Shown here: positions 41,216 through 53,265 of the stretch, one piece after another
How positions within the stretch are numbered: the first letter of the stretch is position 1
Layout: every line of letters starts with the position of its first letter
From: Phoronis australis
Taxonomy: Eukaryota > Animalia > Phoronida
Length of the DNA stretch: 64,000 nt
Direction: 5' to 3'
NCBI GenBank assembly: GCA_002633005.1
Contig: NMRA01000948.1
Coordinates: forward strand, 1 to 64,000
Notes under the pieces: generated by a model
Databases searched by the model: none
Told to the model about the DNA's origin: nothing
Seen by the model: the letters and a program-made list of their open reading frames with translations, nothing else
Program-made: the position numbers and the translations under genes

Positions 41216-42106
41216 ATTTCCAAAACGAGGTCACACGCTTTTATATCTCCAGGACAAAGGAGAGCTCTATCGCCATGTAATAAGGGACAGCCCTATTGTG
41301 AATGCGCCCAAAAGATTTCATGTCTCCTTCAGTAAAGGAAAGGTGTATTTTCATGCCTAATACTACATTTTTGAAACACAAATTCTTGTGACATGAGTGT
41401 TCACTTAGGCAAGGGTACGTTGAAGGTTATGCAGGACCCTAGAAAAATGCATATCTCAGAAATGGCTCTCTATGTTCGCAGGAAACTTTCATCTACTATC
41501 CTTTGAGTAGTTCTCCAAAATGTTATCAAAATCAAAAGCTGCGTCAAAAGAGAAAACTATTTTAGAAAAATATGACAGTGTATGAGTTTACAGGTTTTCT
41601 ATTTTTAAATGTCTTAATTGCTTAAATAGGGAGTGGGCGTTCGTTTTGAATACTGAAAAATGGGGATTACTAAAACATGGACTTCCTCAATTAAGTTATA
41701 AGCTTTGACCGGACCTATAAAACAACTCCACCCATAGTTTTGATGATTTTATTACTAACTGCCAACTTTTTCCATTGTCTGCTGTAGTGTAATGGACCAG
41801 AAATTTGCTGACTACTATTTACATTCACTTACAATACTCTGCCATTTATCAAATGGTGTTTATGTTCATCTGCAGAGCTGTAAACTGGAAAGACTTGGGA
41901 GTTTAAAGTAAAAATTTAGGTATTTTCAGGGTTGGGGGTTGGGCCAAACATGGGCATTAATATGGCCGAGTATGGTATACTAAATTAGAAAATGCAACAA
42001 TTCCTTTGCCAAAAATGGACTAAACCCAAGTCTAATGTATAATGCAGTTAATCTTCCTTGCTCACCAACATTTTTCAAACTATTGACACTGTCCTTTTCT
42101 CATTAA

Positions 42107-42532
42107 AGATGCTATGTCTCATTAAATTGTGAATATGCAAATGAAGTTCTAGTTTACAAACAACCCGAGGTCTTCCGGTGTGCCGGAAACCATCCAAGAA
42201 CCAGTTACCATTATAATCTTGGGAAAGTCTCTGTTTGCTAGACAATTGTTTAGGTAAATGAGTATAGTTACCCTAATAAAACAAGGAACAGTTTTTATTA
42301 TTTGTTCATTTCACTATCAAATAACAATTGCGCAATATTTGGAATTACTTAGGTTTTCTTTTTGTTCACACTTGTTTTTTAAGTGTATCAGTTGTGGCGT
42401 TTTCTTTAAAACCGCGTTTTATTTGTAAATTGTTTCTTTCCTGATTATACTTGTGCACACAGTTCTTCAGGAAGTCAAAAGGTGGTGCTTGCTACAAATT
42501 TAAATATTCAGTTTTAATGAGTCATAGCATCT
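42107..42532 (+). mobile_element. Kolobok-like MITE, copy 1
   Basis: TTAA|AGATGCTATGTCTCATTAAA ... TTTAATGAGTCATAGCATCT|TTAA, giving a TIR with AG termini and a TTAA target duplication. Confidence 0.8.
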
Positions 42533-43258
42533 TTAAGGTAATGGTAACACTTCTAGTACTAACTGTTATTGTTTTCTCATAGACTATGATTCATTGCTAG
42601 GTCAGTTCTCTTCTCACCAACCACTAAGAACTGATCGTAGTCTATATTAACATATTTCTGTACTTACACACCAAAGCATGACACTAGTCATGTATGTCCT
42701 TCCTCTTAACGAAGTAAGACATAGGCACTCAAGCAACTGTCAGATAGCTCTCTATTTGTGTCAATGATGACAAAGTACATTTGCATTATGTATCTTGATG
42801 TTTGACTCATTTCGCTCTTGCGATTATAAAATTAATGCTGGGTGTCATCTTCCACAACTTTGAAGCTTCGAGTGAAATCTCGCACACTGTAGAACTCCAT
42901 TGTCAACCTCTTACATATTTCATATCTTTAAAATGACTTGCTGTAGCACTTGTACAAATTTTAGCTTTTCTAATTTTTGATGAGTCCAACTCAGTTTTGT
43001 TCACAAATGGTCCTTTAACCATGGAGTAGGTCAACCACAGATCATAGAAGCCTGAACAAGTCTGGTAACAGCGTAATTAAAAAGTGGACGGAAATTGCAA
43101 CATAGGCAAATATATTATGAGTTATACTAGTTGTTTGGAACTTGGAACACATTATCGATGCAGGAGTGAGTTTACGATAAAAATATGTATGCTTTCTTTA
43201 AAGGTAAAAAATAAAACTGCATTTCATAATGCCACCCTTTTCATTCTTAACAGTGCAA

Positions 43259-43729
43259 ATGTCGAAACGAAACAGCTACAGTGTCAAGTACAAACTTGAA
43301 GTCATTGAGTGGCATTGGAACAATGGAAGCAATATCTCAGAAACAGCACGTCGTTTCAAAGTTGACAGAAAGAGAGTCAGGGAATGGCTGACGAATGAAG
43401 GCATACTCTTAATGAACAGTAAGGGTGCTACAGGTAATTTGAAACGTCTCCATCGTGGTGGCAAAGTGTGTGAGAAGTTGGATTCTGAACTCTTAGTCTA
43501 CATGATTGATGAAATGGTTGGAGGAAGGACATTGACCAACGCTGAGCTGAGAGAGAAAGGGATGGAAATAGCGAGTCGCATCAAGGGAATGGAAGGCTTT
43601 AAAGCATCCGATGGCTGGCTCAGGAGATGGAAACGCAGAAACCATGTCGGGATATGCCATAGAACGATTGCAGCTGAAAAGCCTGCCGAAGATTATATGG
43701 TACAGGTGAAGATCGAAGAACCTTGTTGA
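43259..43729 (+). CDS. Pogo-transposase-derived DNA-binding protein (Brinker/psq-type HTH + CENP-B/Tc5 HTH, 156 aa, no DDE domain)
   Basis: RNSYSVKYKLEVIEW...NISETARRFKVDRKRVREW, then LDSELLVYM...GRTLTNAELREKG...FKASDGWLRRWKRRNHV. A splice acceptor (cttttcattcttaacag) ends at 43253, 5 nt before the ATG. Confidence 0.85.
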   Translation: MSKRNSYSVKYKLEVIEWHWNNGSNISETARRFKVDRKRVREWLTNEGILLMNSKGATGNLKRLHRGGKVCEKLDSELLVYMIDEMVGGRTLTNAELREKGMEIASRIKGMEGFKASDGWLRRWKRRNHVGICHRTIAAEKPAEDYMVQVKIEEPC

Positions 43730-43754
43730 AATGACTATATACGCAGCTAAAACA

Positions 43755-44330
43755 AAGGTAATTTGTACCGGACGATGTGTATATTTTTGACAGGGCTGCT
43801 TCCACAACTAGGAAAATCCCAGGCTCGAAATGGAAGAAGATCGCACAGACTGGTGAAAGCATCACTATGTGCTATGTGAAACTATTGACAGTCAGAAGGA
43901 CACGCCCTTTATTGTTTCCAAAGTTGTGCCATCAGGAAAGTGGCCTTGGATCTACCCACGACATCAAAGTGGCCACACATAGAATGGAATTGATGGCAGG
44001 AATTGTTTCATTGCTAGAAAACGAATAACTATGACGACCTAAGACTTAAATGGTTGTCAGAGTCGCAATTGGTGGTCATTGAAGCTCTTCAGCAAAGTAG
44101 GACATGACCTGTATACCAGTGAGAAGTTAATCTGTCATCATTTGCAAGAGCAATAACAATATTCATAGTGTCGAAAACTTATCAGGCAACATCAATGGGA
44201 AATCTGAAAATGTGGCATTTTGCCAAGATCACATGGTTACCGTCACCAGGGATTGTGTTGAAGACGTGGCATCAAGATGGGAGGGCTCGCATTTGCTCAA
44301 GGCTGCAGTGACCACCACTCAATTAACAAC
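43755..44330 (+). pseudogene. Decayed pogo DDE transposase domain
   Basis: Frameshifted pieces GNLYRT / VYIFDRAASTTRKIPGSKWKKIAQTG / KHHYVLCETIDSQKDTPFIVSK. By eye they are colinear with the pogo consensus GNMDET-P.WFD...T....G.K...I.TTG.EK...TV.L....DG.KL.P.IIFK. Confidence 0.55.
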
Positions 44331-44781
44331 AGCTTCATTGATTCCTCAGTTACACGGAAATGGAGACCACTGGGAGCTGGAAATTTGATTTTTAATAGCA
44401 ATGTTGACCACATCTGTGCTCGGACAACCGTGGCTATTTGATGTGCACAGTTTTGTTGTACATTAGTTGAAACACATATATGTTGCTTCTAACTAGATGT
44501 AAATTAAAATTTAAGTTTGTTCCATTCGCACGATCGACCATAAAATATAACAAACAATATTTTTGTCGTAGAAACAAAAAAATATTTGCCTATGAGTGCT
44601 CATCGGCCACGAAAGGTGGAAAATAAAGTATCTTAAAGTGATTATAAACTCGCTTTCGTTAAGACCAGTTTCCATTATAAAATTGGCTCTACTCAGAAGA
44701 GTAATGATTTCCCATTTCAGTTCTTCCAACCACTAAATCAAACGCAATGTTTTGTTAGAATGTGGGTTTATAGTCTCTTAG

Positions 44782-45225
44782 AGATGCTAGGTCTTATTGA
44801 ATTGTGAATATGCAAATGAAGTACTAGGTTTACAATCAACCCCGAGTCGTCCCGTGTGCCGGATAACATCTGAGAACAAGTTACCATTACCATCTCGTGA
44901 AAGTATCATTTTGCAAGACTTTTTTACGTAAGTGAGTATGGTAATATTTCAACTTTACCCTTAGCTAATGAAACAAGGCACAGTTTTTATTATTTGTTTA
45001 TTTCACTATCAAATAATGAGTGCGAACTAATCGGAATTACTAGGGTTTTTATATGTTCAAACCTGTTTTTTTAAGTGTATCAGTTGTGGTGTTTTCTTTA
45101 AAACCGCATTTTATTTGTAAATTGTTCCTTTTCCTGATTATACTTCTACACAGTTGTCCTGGAAGTCACTAAGTGGCGCTTGCTACAAATTTAAATATTC
45201 ACGGATTTAATGAGACATAGTGTCT
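44782..45225 (+). mobile_element. Kolobok-like MITE, copy 2
   Basis: Colinear homolog of 42107-42532 in the same orientation. Ends TTTAATGAGACATAGTGTCT|TTAA. Confidence 0.8.
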
Positions 45226-48200
45226 TTAACTGCTGACCCAACCATCTCAGAAGTGATGCATGTGGATCTGAGAACAAAAACCACTTTAAGAGTGCCAAAA
45301 CCATTTTAAGGGCAGCCATGATTTTATCATATTTTGGATGGAAGATTTGCTAGAAGCGTTACGAATAAAACAACATGTGCCATCAAAGTTTAAAGTCCTT
45401 GTAGGCAAGCTTGAAAACGTTAAGAAATGCACGACCTTGTTCAAGATTAGCCTATATTATACTAGCTTGGCCATCATTTTCCATGGAGCCGTCTGGACCT
45501 TAATCATGCTTCCACACTACCCTCGCAAAGTCACACAGTACATGTCAAAAATAATTGGACAAAATGATCCACAATTCCTTGTCATGATAACTGAACGCAT
45601 GTGGAATTCCCTGTTATGGCGGCTGACCCAAGTGGAATTCACGATCAAGAAAGCTAAAAATGACCCATCATTACAGTAAATGGTGTTTTGTTTGATTACT
45701 GTTGTTGTGTACTATAAAGTCATGTTTACTTAGAGCGGGGGAAGTCGGTTGCTTGGTGACAATAATTATGAATTGGGTTAACTCGAAATTTATTGGGTGG
45801 CACTTTAAGGGTCCTCTTTGCAGAAGCCCATGCATGATCCAAGGTCATGTGGGACTCTTGTCCCATGAATGCACGTGGTGAATCATACTTGTTAACCCAC
45901 TGATTTGGCAGGACTGCCTCGGGAGGCTCACCAATTAGTATTTTAATTCTCCAGGTTCTACCACCAATTTAAGAAAACCCGCTAAATCCTGCATTTTTTC
46001 TGAACCCTTGTTTGCTGAAACAGGACCCTGAGCAGCTCCACTTGCAATCTGACTACTGGCAAATAAGTTTTTTTTTAGTAGATGCTCTTTTGACTTGCTG
46101 TTATGTGACTAACCTCAAAAGAATTTCCATCTCATCAAGTCCCAAGTAATTTGAGATAATTTTTCTCTTGTGTATTTCCTGCTTAATGAGGTTTTCTAAC
46201 ACAATGCAATTGTCACAGCCACTGAGGTAAAACTGGTGCCTACTGGGGGAGCAGCTAGAATCGCTGGATTTTTATTCGACCACTCCAAATTCTATGGTTG
46301 CAGTGCATATAGTCAGCGTCCCATCCACCAAAAGTATCCTTCAGCAGCCTGTTGGTACCCTTGCTTGTCTATTAAATTTGTCAAAAACTGCTCGAAAGAT
46401 CACAACAGAGTTACATAGAGGGGCTACACCAGGTCCAGTCAATGTTGGGCTGTATACTATTTGTCATGCAGTGGTAGGTGTATTTCAATACTTTGCCTTG
46501 CTATTATTTATTTTGAAACATTGGCAATTACGCTGATCAACATTCTGTTCTTTATTCTTACGTTAAAGACAACCTAGTGAATATCAAGGCACACAGTATG
46601 ATACTGATCTTATTCAAAACCACATACTAATGATAACGGTAAAATATCACCAATTCCATTTTTAACTTTTAAAGGCTTCTAACTTTGTGAATGCCCATTA
46701 CCTTTTAACACTTTGTAAAAAACATGAGCACAACCTAGAAACTGCTTTCACATTATATCCAGGTTCTCACTCATTCTCTTGCATACATTCACTGATAAGA
46801 CCGAGCTCAGAGGAGTAGGAGACACTTTGTGCAATGCTCGATTGTCAGCCAGTAAGGCTAGGATTCAAACCTAGGTATCCCAAACGAGAGTCCGGAGATG
46901 ATCCACACACTCTCCTCTGTTGGCAGGTTTTGTAAGCAGGTTAAAGACTGGCTAAAGCTTTCATTGTGTGCAACTTACCTTTTAGGGAAATGCGAAAAAA
47001 AAAAGTTTCATGGTGTGTCTTAAATTGGTGACACTGAAGCAAGAAGGCAAGGTTTCCTAATGGTGACTGACTCAACAAACTTATTCAAGCTTTTAAGCAT
47101 AATTTGCATTCTTTTTCAAGCTAATCACACTAGGCTTAGTAAGGGCTAGGAAATTAACGCTTGGGATTAAAATAGTAGTGGCTGCTCTATTAAGCTTGTT
47201 CAAAGTGATGGCAAAATTTCACCAATTTTGGGCTAAACTAATTGTCAGAATTGCTTTTGCCATTATTTCAGGGCTGCTAATATAGCTGTGAATGCCTGCA
47301 ACTTCTAAAATGACTGTATCTTGGTAATATAATTTAACATGACAAAGCATTGCTTTCTGCTTGATATCTCTTATGAAAAAATGAGAAAGCAAAATTTCAT
47401 TTACTTGTCATGTTGCGTCCTAAATTGGGGGAGATTATATGTATTATAAAGGGAAGGGTAATCAGGTTAAGAGTGATATTTGGTTAAAATAGAGATTTCT
47501 GATTATCTCAGACAAATTAATAAAGTTCTACAGGATTATTTCTAAATAATTATGCATCCTGAAAAGTGACATTCGCGGTCAAGTACATTTCCCCATCTCT
47601 GATTACTTGCACTTTGGATTTTGTTTGACATTGAACTTGTTATTGTATTACTAATTAGTCATGTAATAATTTAGACTGTCACCTGTCATTCTGTGAGTCT
47701 TACTCAGACTCATAAATTGGTCAGTGTTCTCCACAACAGAAAATTCTTGAACGTTTGAACGTCCATGTGCATTCATGCTTTAAAGAGTTTGTGTGTTGTC
47801 TTGGAATAAATGCATTGAAATGGTCACAAAAGTCCAAAATGTCATACTTTTAAAGTGACTAATCTCCTTATACTCACATTGCGTTGTAAGTAAGGCAAAC
47901 TCGCTACTGCAAAAGTCAAACTCTATGCAGTGACGAGTCAAAACAGGTTGTGGAGAACATTGGTTTCTAGTGGTTGTTGCGTACTAGAATCAGGATGCAC
48001 GTACTCCTAAGGTGAGCTCTGGAAGAGTCTAGATGTTCCATTTTACCAATTTCTGCCGGAGTTAGCTCGTTCGTGTCTGGAACACAGCACTGCCCGTTCA
48101 TGCCACGCCTAAAGCATTGTTAATGCCGTGTGCGCAACATAATTTTGTATCTTCGGATTACAAAAGGCATATTTACACACGCTTCATGATCGTACCTCCA

Positions 48201-49502
48201 AAACATGTTCTGAAGGAGGAGACCATATCATCGGCATTTCTCTTTTCTGCTATGTCCCCACCTGCTGGGAACCCTTGTGAAACGTGAAGTGGTCGAGAGC
48301 AATGACAGCCACTGTTGTGACTCATGGCCAAGTGTACAACACCATCCTACTTCAATACAAATTCTTTGCAAAACCTTATAATAAGGGGTACAACAGAAAG
48401 CCAGAACCAATGTAGCACACAATGCTTTCAACACTACCATTTTTTAATTAACTGATTTATTGGTTGGGGCTCTAGGTGTAAAAGCCACCTCTGAACACTC
48501 GTTTACTGAACACATTTGTACAAATATGCTGTTCAAGGTCGTAAAGCATTCCTTATGCATGTTATTTTTTCAAAAAAATCTCAACCTATAGCATACCGGA
48601 GTACTGTAGTGCATTGCAAGTATCCTACGAGTTGATCTCCAGAGCATTATCTGAGTTGATGTCCGGCGCATTAGAGCAATATGCCATTAGTAATAACCGA
48701 AAAATACTCGTAAAATAGCAATAACAAAACTATCGATTTTCCTATCAATATCACCAACTTACGTCTTCAACCATGCAAACTGGCTTCATAATTGGTAATC
48801 AGTTAATTTTAGAACCTTGAATGTACAGTGCATGAGAATGATGAAGTGTGTTTCAGCTTTACAACCTTACGCCTTTAGTGAAATAGTCATTTGAACACAA
48901 GGGATGTACCTGCATTAAATTTTATTTAGCAATATTGCAGACAAGTGAAATTTTATTCCGTCAAATTCATTGACAAAAACAATGATTAATATACCGGGTA
49001 TATTTTTTATAATTTTACTCTATTACTATTTGTAGATGACATAAATTGATATTTGGTAAAGGTCCCACAGTTTATTGCAAAGGTTTCAATGTTTGAACAT
49101 GGAAAAATTAAATTATAATTTTGGAAATAACTTTCGTGCGAAATGAGTGGTAAATTAGTGTACGTATTTACACAGATATTTTTTCATGTTATCAATAAAA
49201 ACGATGTTAAAACATAAATATTAGATGGTATCATGGTTTGCAACCAAATAGCTCGTCTGAATTCAGATAGGAAACTAAAGCATCAGGGGTTGGGCATTCA
49301 GCAGAGCCAGGCCATTTAAAAAATGTTCAAGTCAGGAAGTTTTATTTTTGCCAGTCAAGTCATGTGTAACATCCTAAAAATGAAATTGATGTAAGTATTA
49401 CACAGAAACTTTGTTAGTCATAGCAAGTAGTTTATCCCGTTCAATCCGCCATCTTTTTGATCACATCACCGAACCTAATGAACATAAGTCCGAAAAGATT
49501 AC

Positions 49503-49577
49503 TGCCCCCCACCGGGACTCAAACCCAGGACCTTCTGCTAACCGTGCAGACGCTCTAGCCACTGAGCCATCGGGACC
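49503..49577 (-). mobile_element. tRNA-derived SINE head
   Basis: GGTCCCGA-TGGCTCAGTGG(A box)-CTAGAGCG-TCTGC-ACGGTTA-GCAGA-AGGTCCTG-GGTTTGAGTCC(B box)-CGGTGGGGGCA. The anticodon loop lacks U33 and the acceptor stem is mismatched. Confidence 0.7.
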
Positions 49578-50401
49578 ACAGGTCAAACACAGAAATCCAA
49601 TCAGACTTAGTAGTGGGCATCTTGCCCATGATCTCCATTGTGTGTTAGTCCTAACTTTTGTACTTTTTGGAGCCAAATTTCTTGTGGGTGGCGCTGTCAG
49701 GCTGCATGTAAAACTGAACACAAGCATGTAAAAGTGAACATTTTGAAAAATGCAAGGTGTTAAGCTGAATGCAGGCGTTTGAAACCAGAAAAGTATAATA
49801 CTGTAAGTTAATGATGCTTCAAATAAAATGATCAAAAAATGTTACTCACTGGAGTATGCTACATCTCACTTTCCTATACGAACACAACGATAGTATCAGA
49901 GTGTTCCACAGGCTGTTATAGCAGGGTGCCATACTCTCTTTAAATTTCAGCTGTCCACTCTGCGCTCTCCTTAAATTTCTCAGGTTGCCCTACTACATTT
50001 GAACACACACTCAAAATGCCAGGAAGTAAACAAACGGAAGTCGGAATTGTATGGCAAAAAATCATAACGACCAGATCGTGTTTGCATGTGGGACTACGCA
50101 AAGGATACTGGATTTAAAAGGGGGAAACTGGTCATCAAAGAGCACAACAGATTTCTGTTAGAGTAGAAAGAAAGAAAAACCAACGACCCCGCGACCTCAG
50201 GAGATGTGGCTGACATTTACAGAGTTCGCTGGGTGTTCACTTCAGGTATCTCTATTTCAATTTCGGCTCTTGCCCAGTGGGGTTTGGCAACCTCAGATCC
50301 CGTTTGGTAACCTGAGAAATTTGCCTGGTCGCATTTGGCAAATTGGCTGTGCTAGGATGGGAGAATTACATCAGAAAGTAATGTTAGTTTCAGCAGAGGT
50401 C

Positions 50402-53265
50402 ATGAACCCCAAAGAACAAGAAGCCACCGGTACTCCTCCACAGTACAGTCAAGGACCACCCCCACAAGGAGCCTACCCACCTCAAGGAGTGCCCCCGCAA
50501 GGAGCCTACCCACCTCAAGGAGCGCCTCCGCAAGGAGCCTACCCACCTCAAGGGCCACCACCACAGACAGGATATCCACCACAGGGACAACTGCAGCCAG
50601 GATATGTTGCCCCTGTCCCAGGTAAAACTAAGGAAGACACTATAACAATCAGCTACTACATAATTCACGTTCAATGTTAAACTTGCCAAGTGCTTCCATA
50701 CCATTATGAAAGACTTTGTTTGAGTAGTTCGGCAACTGTCTTGAAAAACTATAGATTTCACATTATTAAAAGAATGTGTAAAAAGCCTGTAGTATTTGAT
50801 TTTTGACTTTTACCAATCTGCCACTAACTGGGTAAGAGTAAATTCAAAAGCGGAACATTTTCAAAACAATTTCAGAAGAAATAGCTTAAAGTATAGTTGA
50901 ATCTGATATGGTGTTTTGAAGTCGTCCTACATCTTGAGGATTTTCATAATGAACTGCAGTCACTGATTCTATTGTTGGTGTTTAGGGTATGATCCTACAT
51001 AGTGCACACCAAAATAGTATGTTACCGTACAGCATTGTGAAGTTTTCATTTAAAAAGGGTTTCGTTAAAATCGACCAAGGGGATATTTGCTATGAATGCA
51101 CCTTTCCTAAAAATGAAATTTTGACTTTTTAAAACTTATCTTTATAATCTCTGATCTTTTTTCTTTCAGGAAATAACTATGTATTTTTACTGGTTGACAT
51201 GGCCAGGTTTTTTGTTATAGGAGTTATAATGAACGCCACTAAATAATGTTTCAAGTTACCTAAAGTCACTTTCATGAAAAACGCCCCTGTAGTAGTTAAT
51301 ATAGAAACTTAAGGTTATCTCAAACCTTATTTAGTGACCTCCATTCTAACTCCTATCAAAAAAGGTTTTGTCAATTAGTAGAATTATGTATTTACTAAAA
51401 GAAAAAACATCAGGGATTATAAAAATATTTTGTATCTATGTGCCATTATTATTAATAAGTTAACACCCTTTTAAGTCAATTTTTCATTTTTAAGAAAGGT
51501 ACATTTATAGCAAACTAAACGGTCGATTATAATGAAACCTTTTTTAAATGAAAACTTGTCTTCGCTTTCCCCCGGCATCTTTCTATCATATGTATACCTC
51601 TCAAAGTTACAGTGACTCAGTGAATGAAAGGGCAACAAGATACATACGGAGCTGCTCTATGGCTGGGGGTGGGAGATTTGTTTTGAGTGACAGCCCTGTA
51701 ACCTTTGACTTCGCATAAGTATTAAACAAATTTCCATGCGGTTGTGCGGTTCCAAGGTGGTTCTGCTAAATCTTTTTTCTCGCTACTTATGTATTTCGTT
51801 TTCTTAAGTTCCTTGGTTACGAAGATAACTAACAGTATTTTGCTGGAAATATGTGAAATATTGTAAAAATGACCAATTTTTGAGAATAAGGTTTGAGATA
51901 TCCTTAAAGCAAAGGGTTTCATTTTCATCACAGCTCAAACAGTCATTGTGACTCAGCCCCAGACACGGTTCTCGCAAAGCCCAATGTCTATGACCTGCAT
52001 GTACTGCAACCAGACCATCGTCACGGCAACTAACCACAAGCTTGGAAGCATGAACTGGATTGGCTGTGGAATTGTTTGTGCTGCAGGGCTTGTACTGTAA
52101 GTATGATGATAAATTGTGATAAATTGTTTGTGCTGCAGGACTTGTACTGTAAGTATGATGATAAATTGTTTGTGCTGCAGGGCTTGTACTGTAAGTATGA
52201 TGATAAATTGTTTTTGCTGCAGGGCTTGTACTGTAAGTATGATGATAAATTTACAAAACAGAAGTTCTTACTCCATGCTATAACTAGATTATCCATTGAG
52301 CCAGTTTAGGGCCATACATAATTAGGGATTTGTTTGTTAGATTTGGGAGTCAAATTAACAGGTCACCAGGCATAGACACCAAGAGAGGCTTTCAGGCAAA
52401 ATTCTAAAAGAAGTGTAAGATACTGGTGGCTCAACTTCTAGGCTGGTCACCCATCTGTGTAAAAAAATGGCAGATCCTAATCAAACCTGCATGCCTGTAG
52501 ATTTTCTTCAAATTGCGCTCAACCCTAGCTGAATTACCAAAGTTACATTATTATATGTACCTTTCTAGCATAGATGGACACATTTGGTGGCAGTTCTAGT
52601 TTTTAACATCTTCCAAATCAAACAAATGATACAGGAATCAATATATGGTCATTCGTTCCGCCAACAAAATTGAAGACTGAACGCCATTTAAGGCGATGCG
52701 TTCGAGGTCAAAAGAAAACGTACCAAGGGCTATGGTGCGGTCACCCGTCAGCCAGCCACGCCAACAGGAGGCAGGACAAACGAGGGACCTGTCTACCATC
52801 TGCACTGTCCTCTCTCAGCATTGGCTCACAGATGGACCAACCTGCATGACCTCTGTACGTCATTAAGTTGACGAGGAATATGGCTGACTGACAAGAGTTG
52901 CAAATGAAGTCTGTTTACAATCATAGTGAGAGCAGAGACAAAAAGTTTAAATGACAGAATTAGAAATATTAATTTCTAACTGGAATAAATCAAATTTGCG
53001 AAGATGAATCAATGAACTCAGTTCCATATATGGCCTTGATCATGTGTTATGAAAAACGTTTCAGAAGAACAAAAATTTCTACCCCAAAACTAAGGATTGC
53101 ACTGCAAAGGGGTTCTGGGGAATAATTTTTCACTGTTGTTTTTTCAGTCCACTCGTATGGTTAGGGTGCCAGTTCATCCCACTCTGTATTCCTGGAATGA
53201 TGGATGTGGAGCACAAGTGTCCAAGCTGTGGCAAGTTTATCGGCATGTACAACAGACTGTCTTAG
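50402..53265 (+). CDS. LITAF/CDIP1-family protein 2 (166 aa)
   Basis: Exons 50402-50621, 51934-52096 and 53148-53265. PPQY motif, QG(P/V/A)PPQGAYPP repeats, CMYC...WLGCQFIPLC...DVEHKCPSC. Confidence 0.93.
51040..51557. mobile_element. Degenerate foldback/MITE-like inverted repeat in LITAF-2 intron
   Basis: AAGTTTTCATTTAAAAAGGGTTTC...TTTGCTATGAATGCACCTTTC is mirrored by GAAAGGTACATTTATAGCAAA...GAAACCTTTTTTAAATGAAAACTT. No TSD identified. Confidence 0.7.
52070..52250. repeat. 42-bp tandem repeat x4 spanning an exon/intron junction
   Basis: Unit ATTGTTTGTGCTGCAGGGCTTGTACT|GTAAGTATGATGATAA, with GTAAGT at 52097, 52149, 52191 and 52233. Confidence 0.95.

Noticed and set aside
45338-45679. 113-aa ORF
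   Set aside because: No recognisable motif. It lies in probable transposon-derived sequence.
49503-49577. Functional tRNA-Thr(GGT)
   Set aside because: No U33, TTT instead of TTC in the T-loop, mismatched acceptor stem. Better explained as a SINE head.
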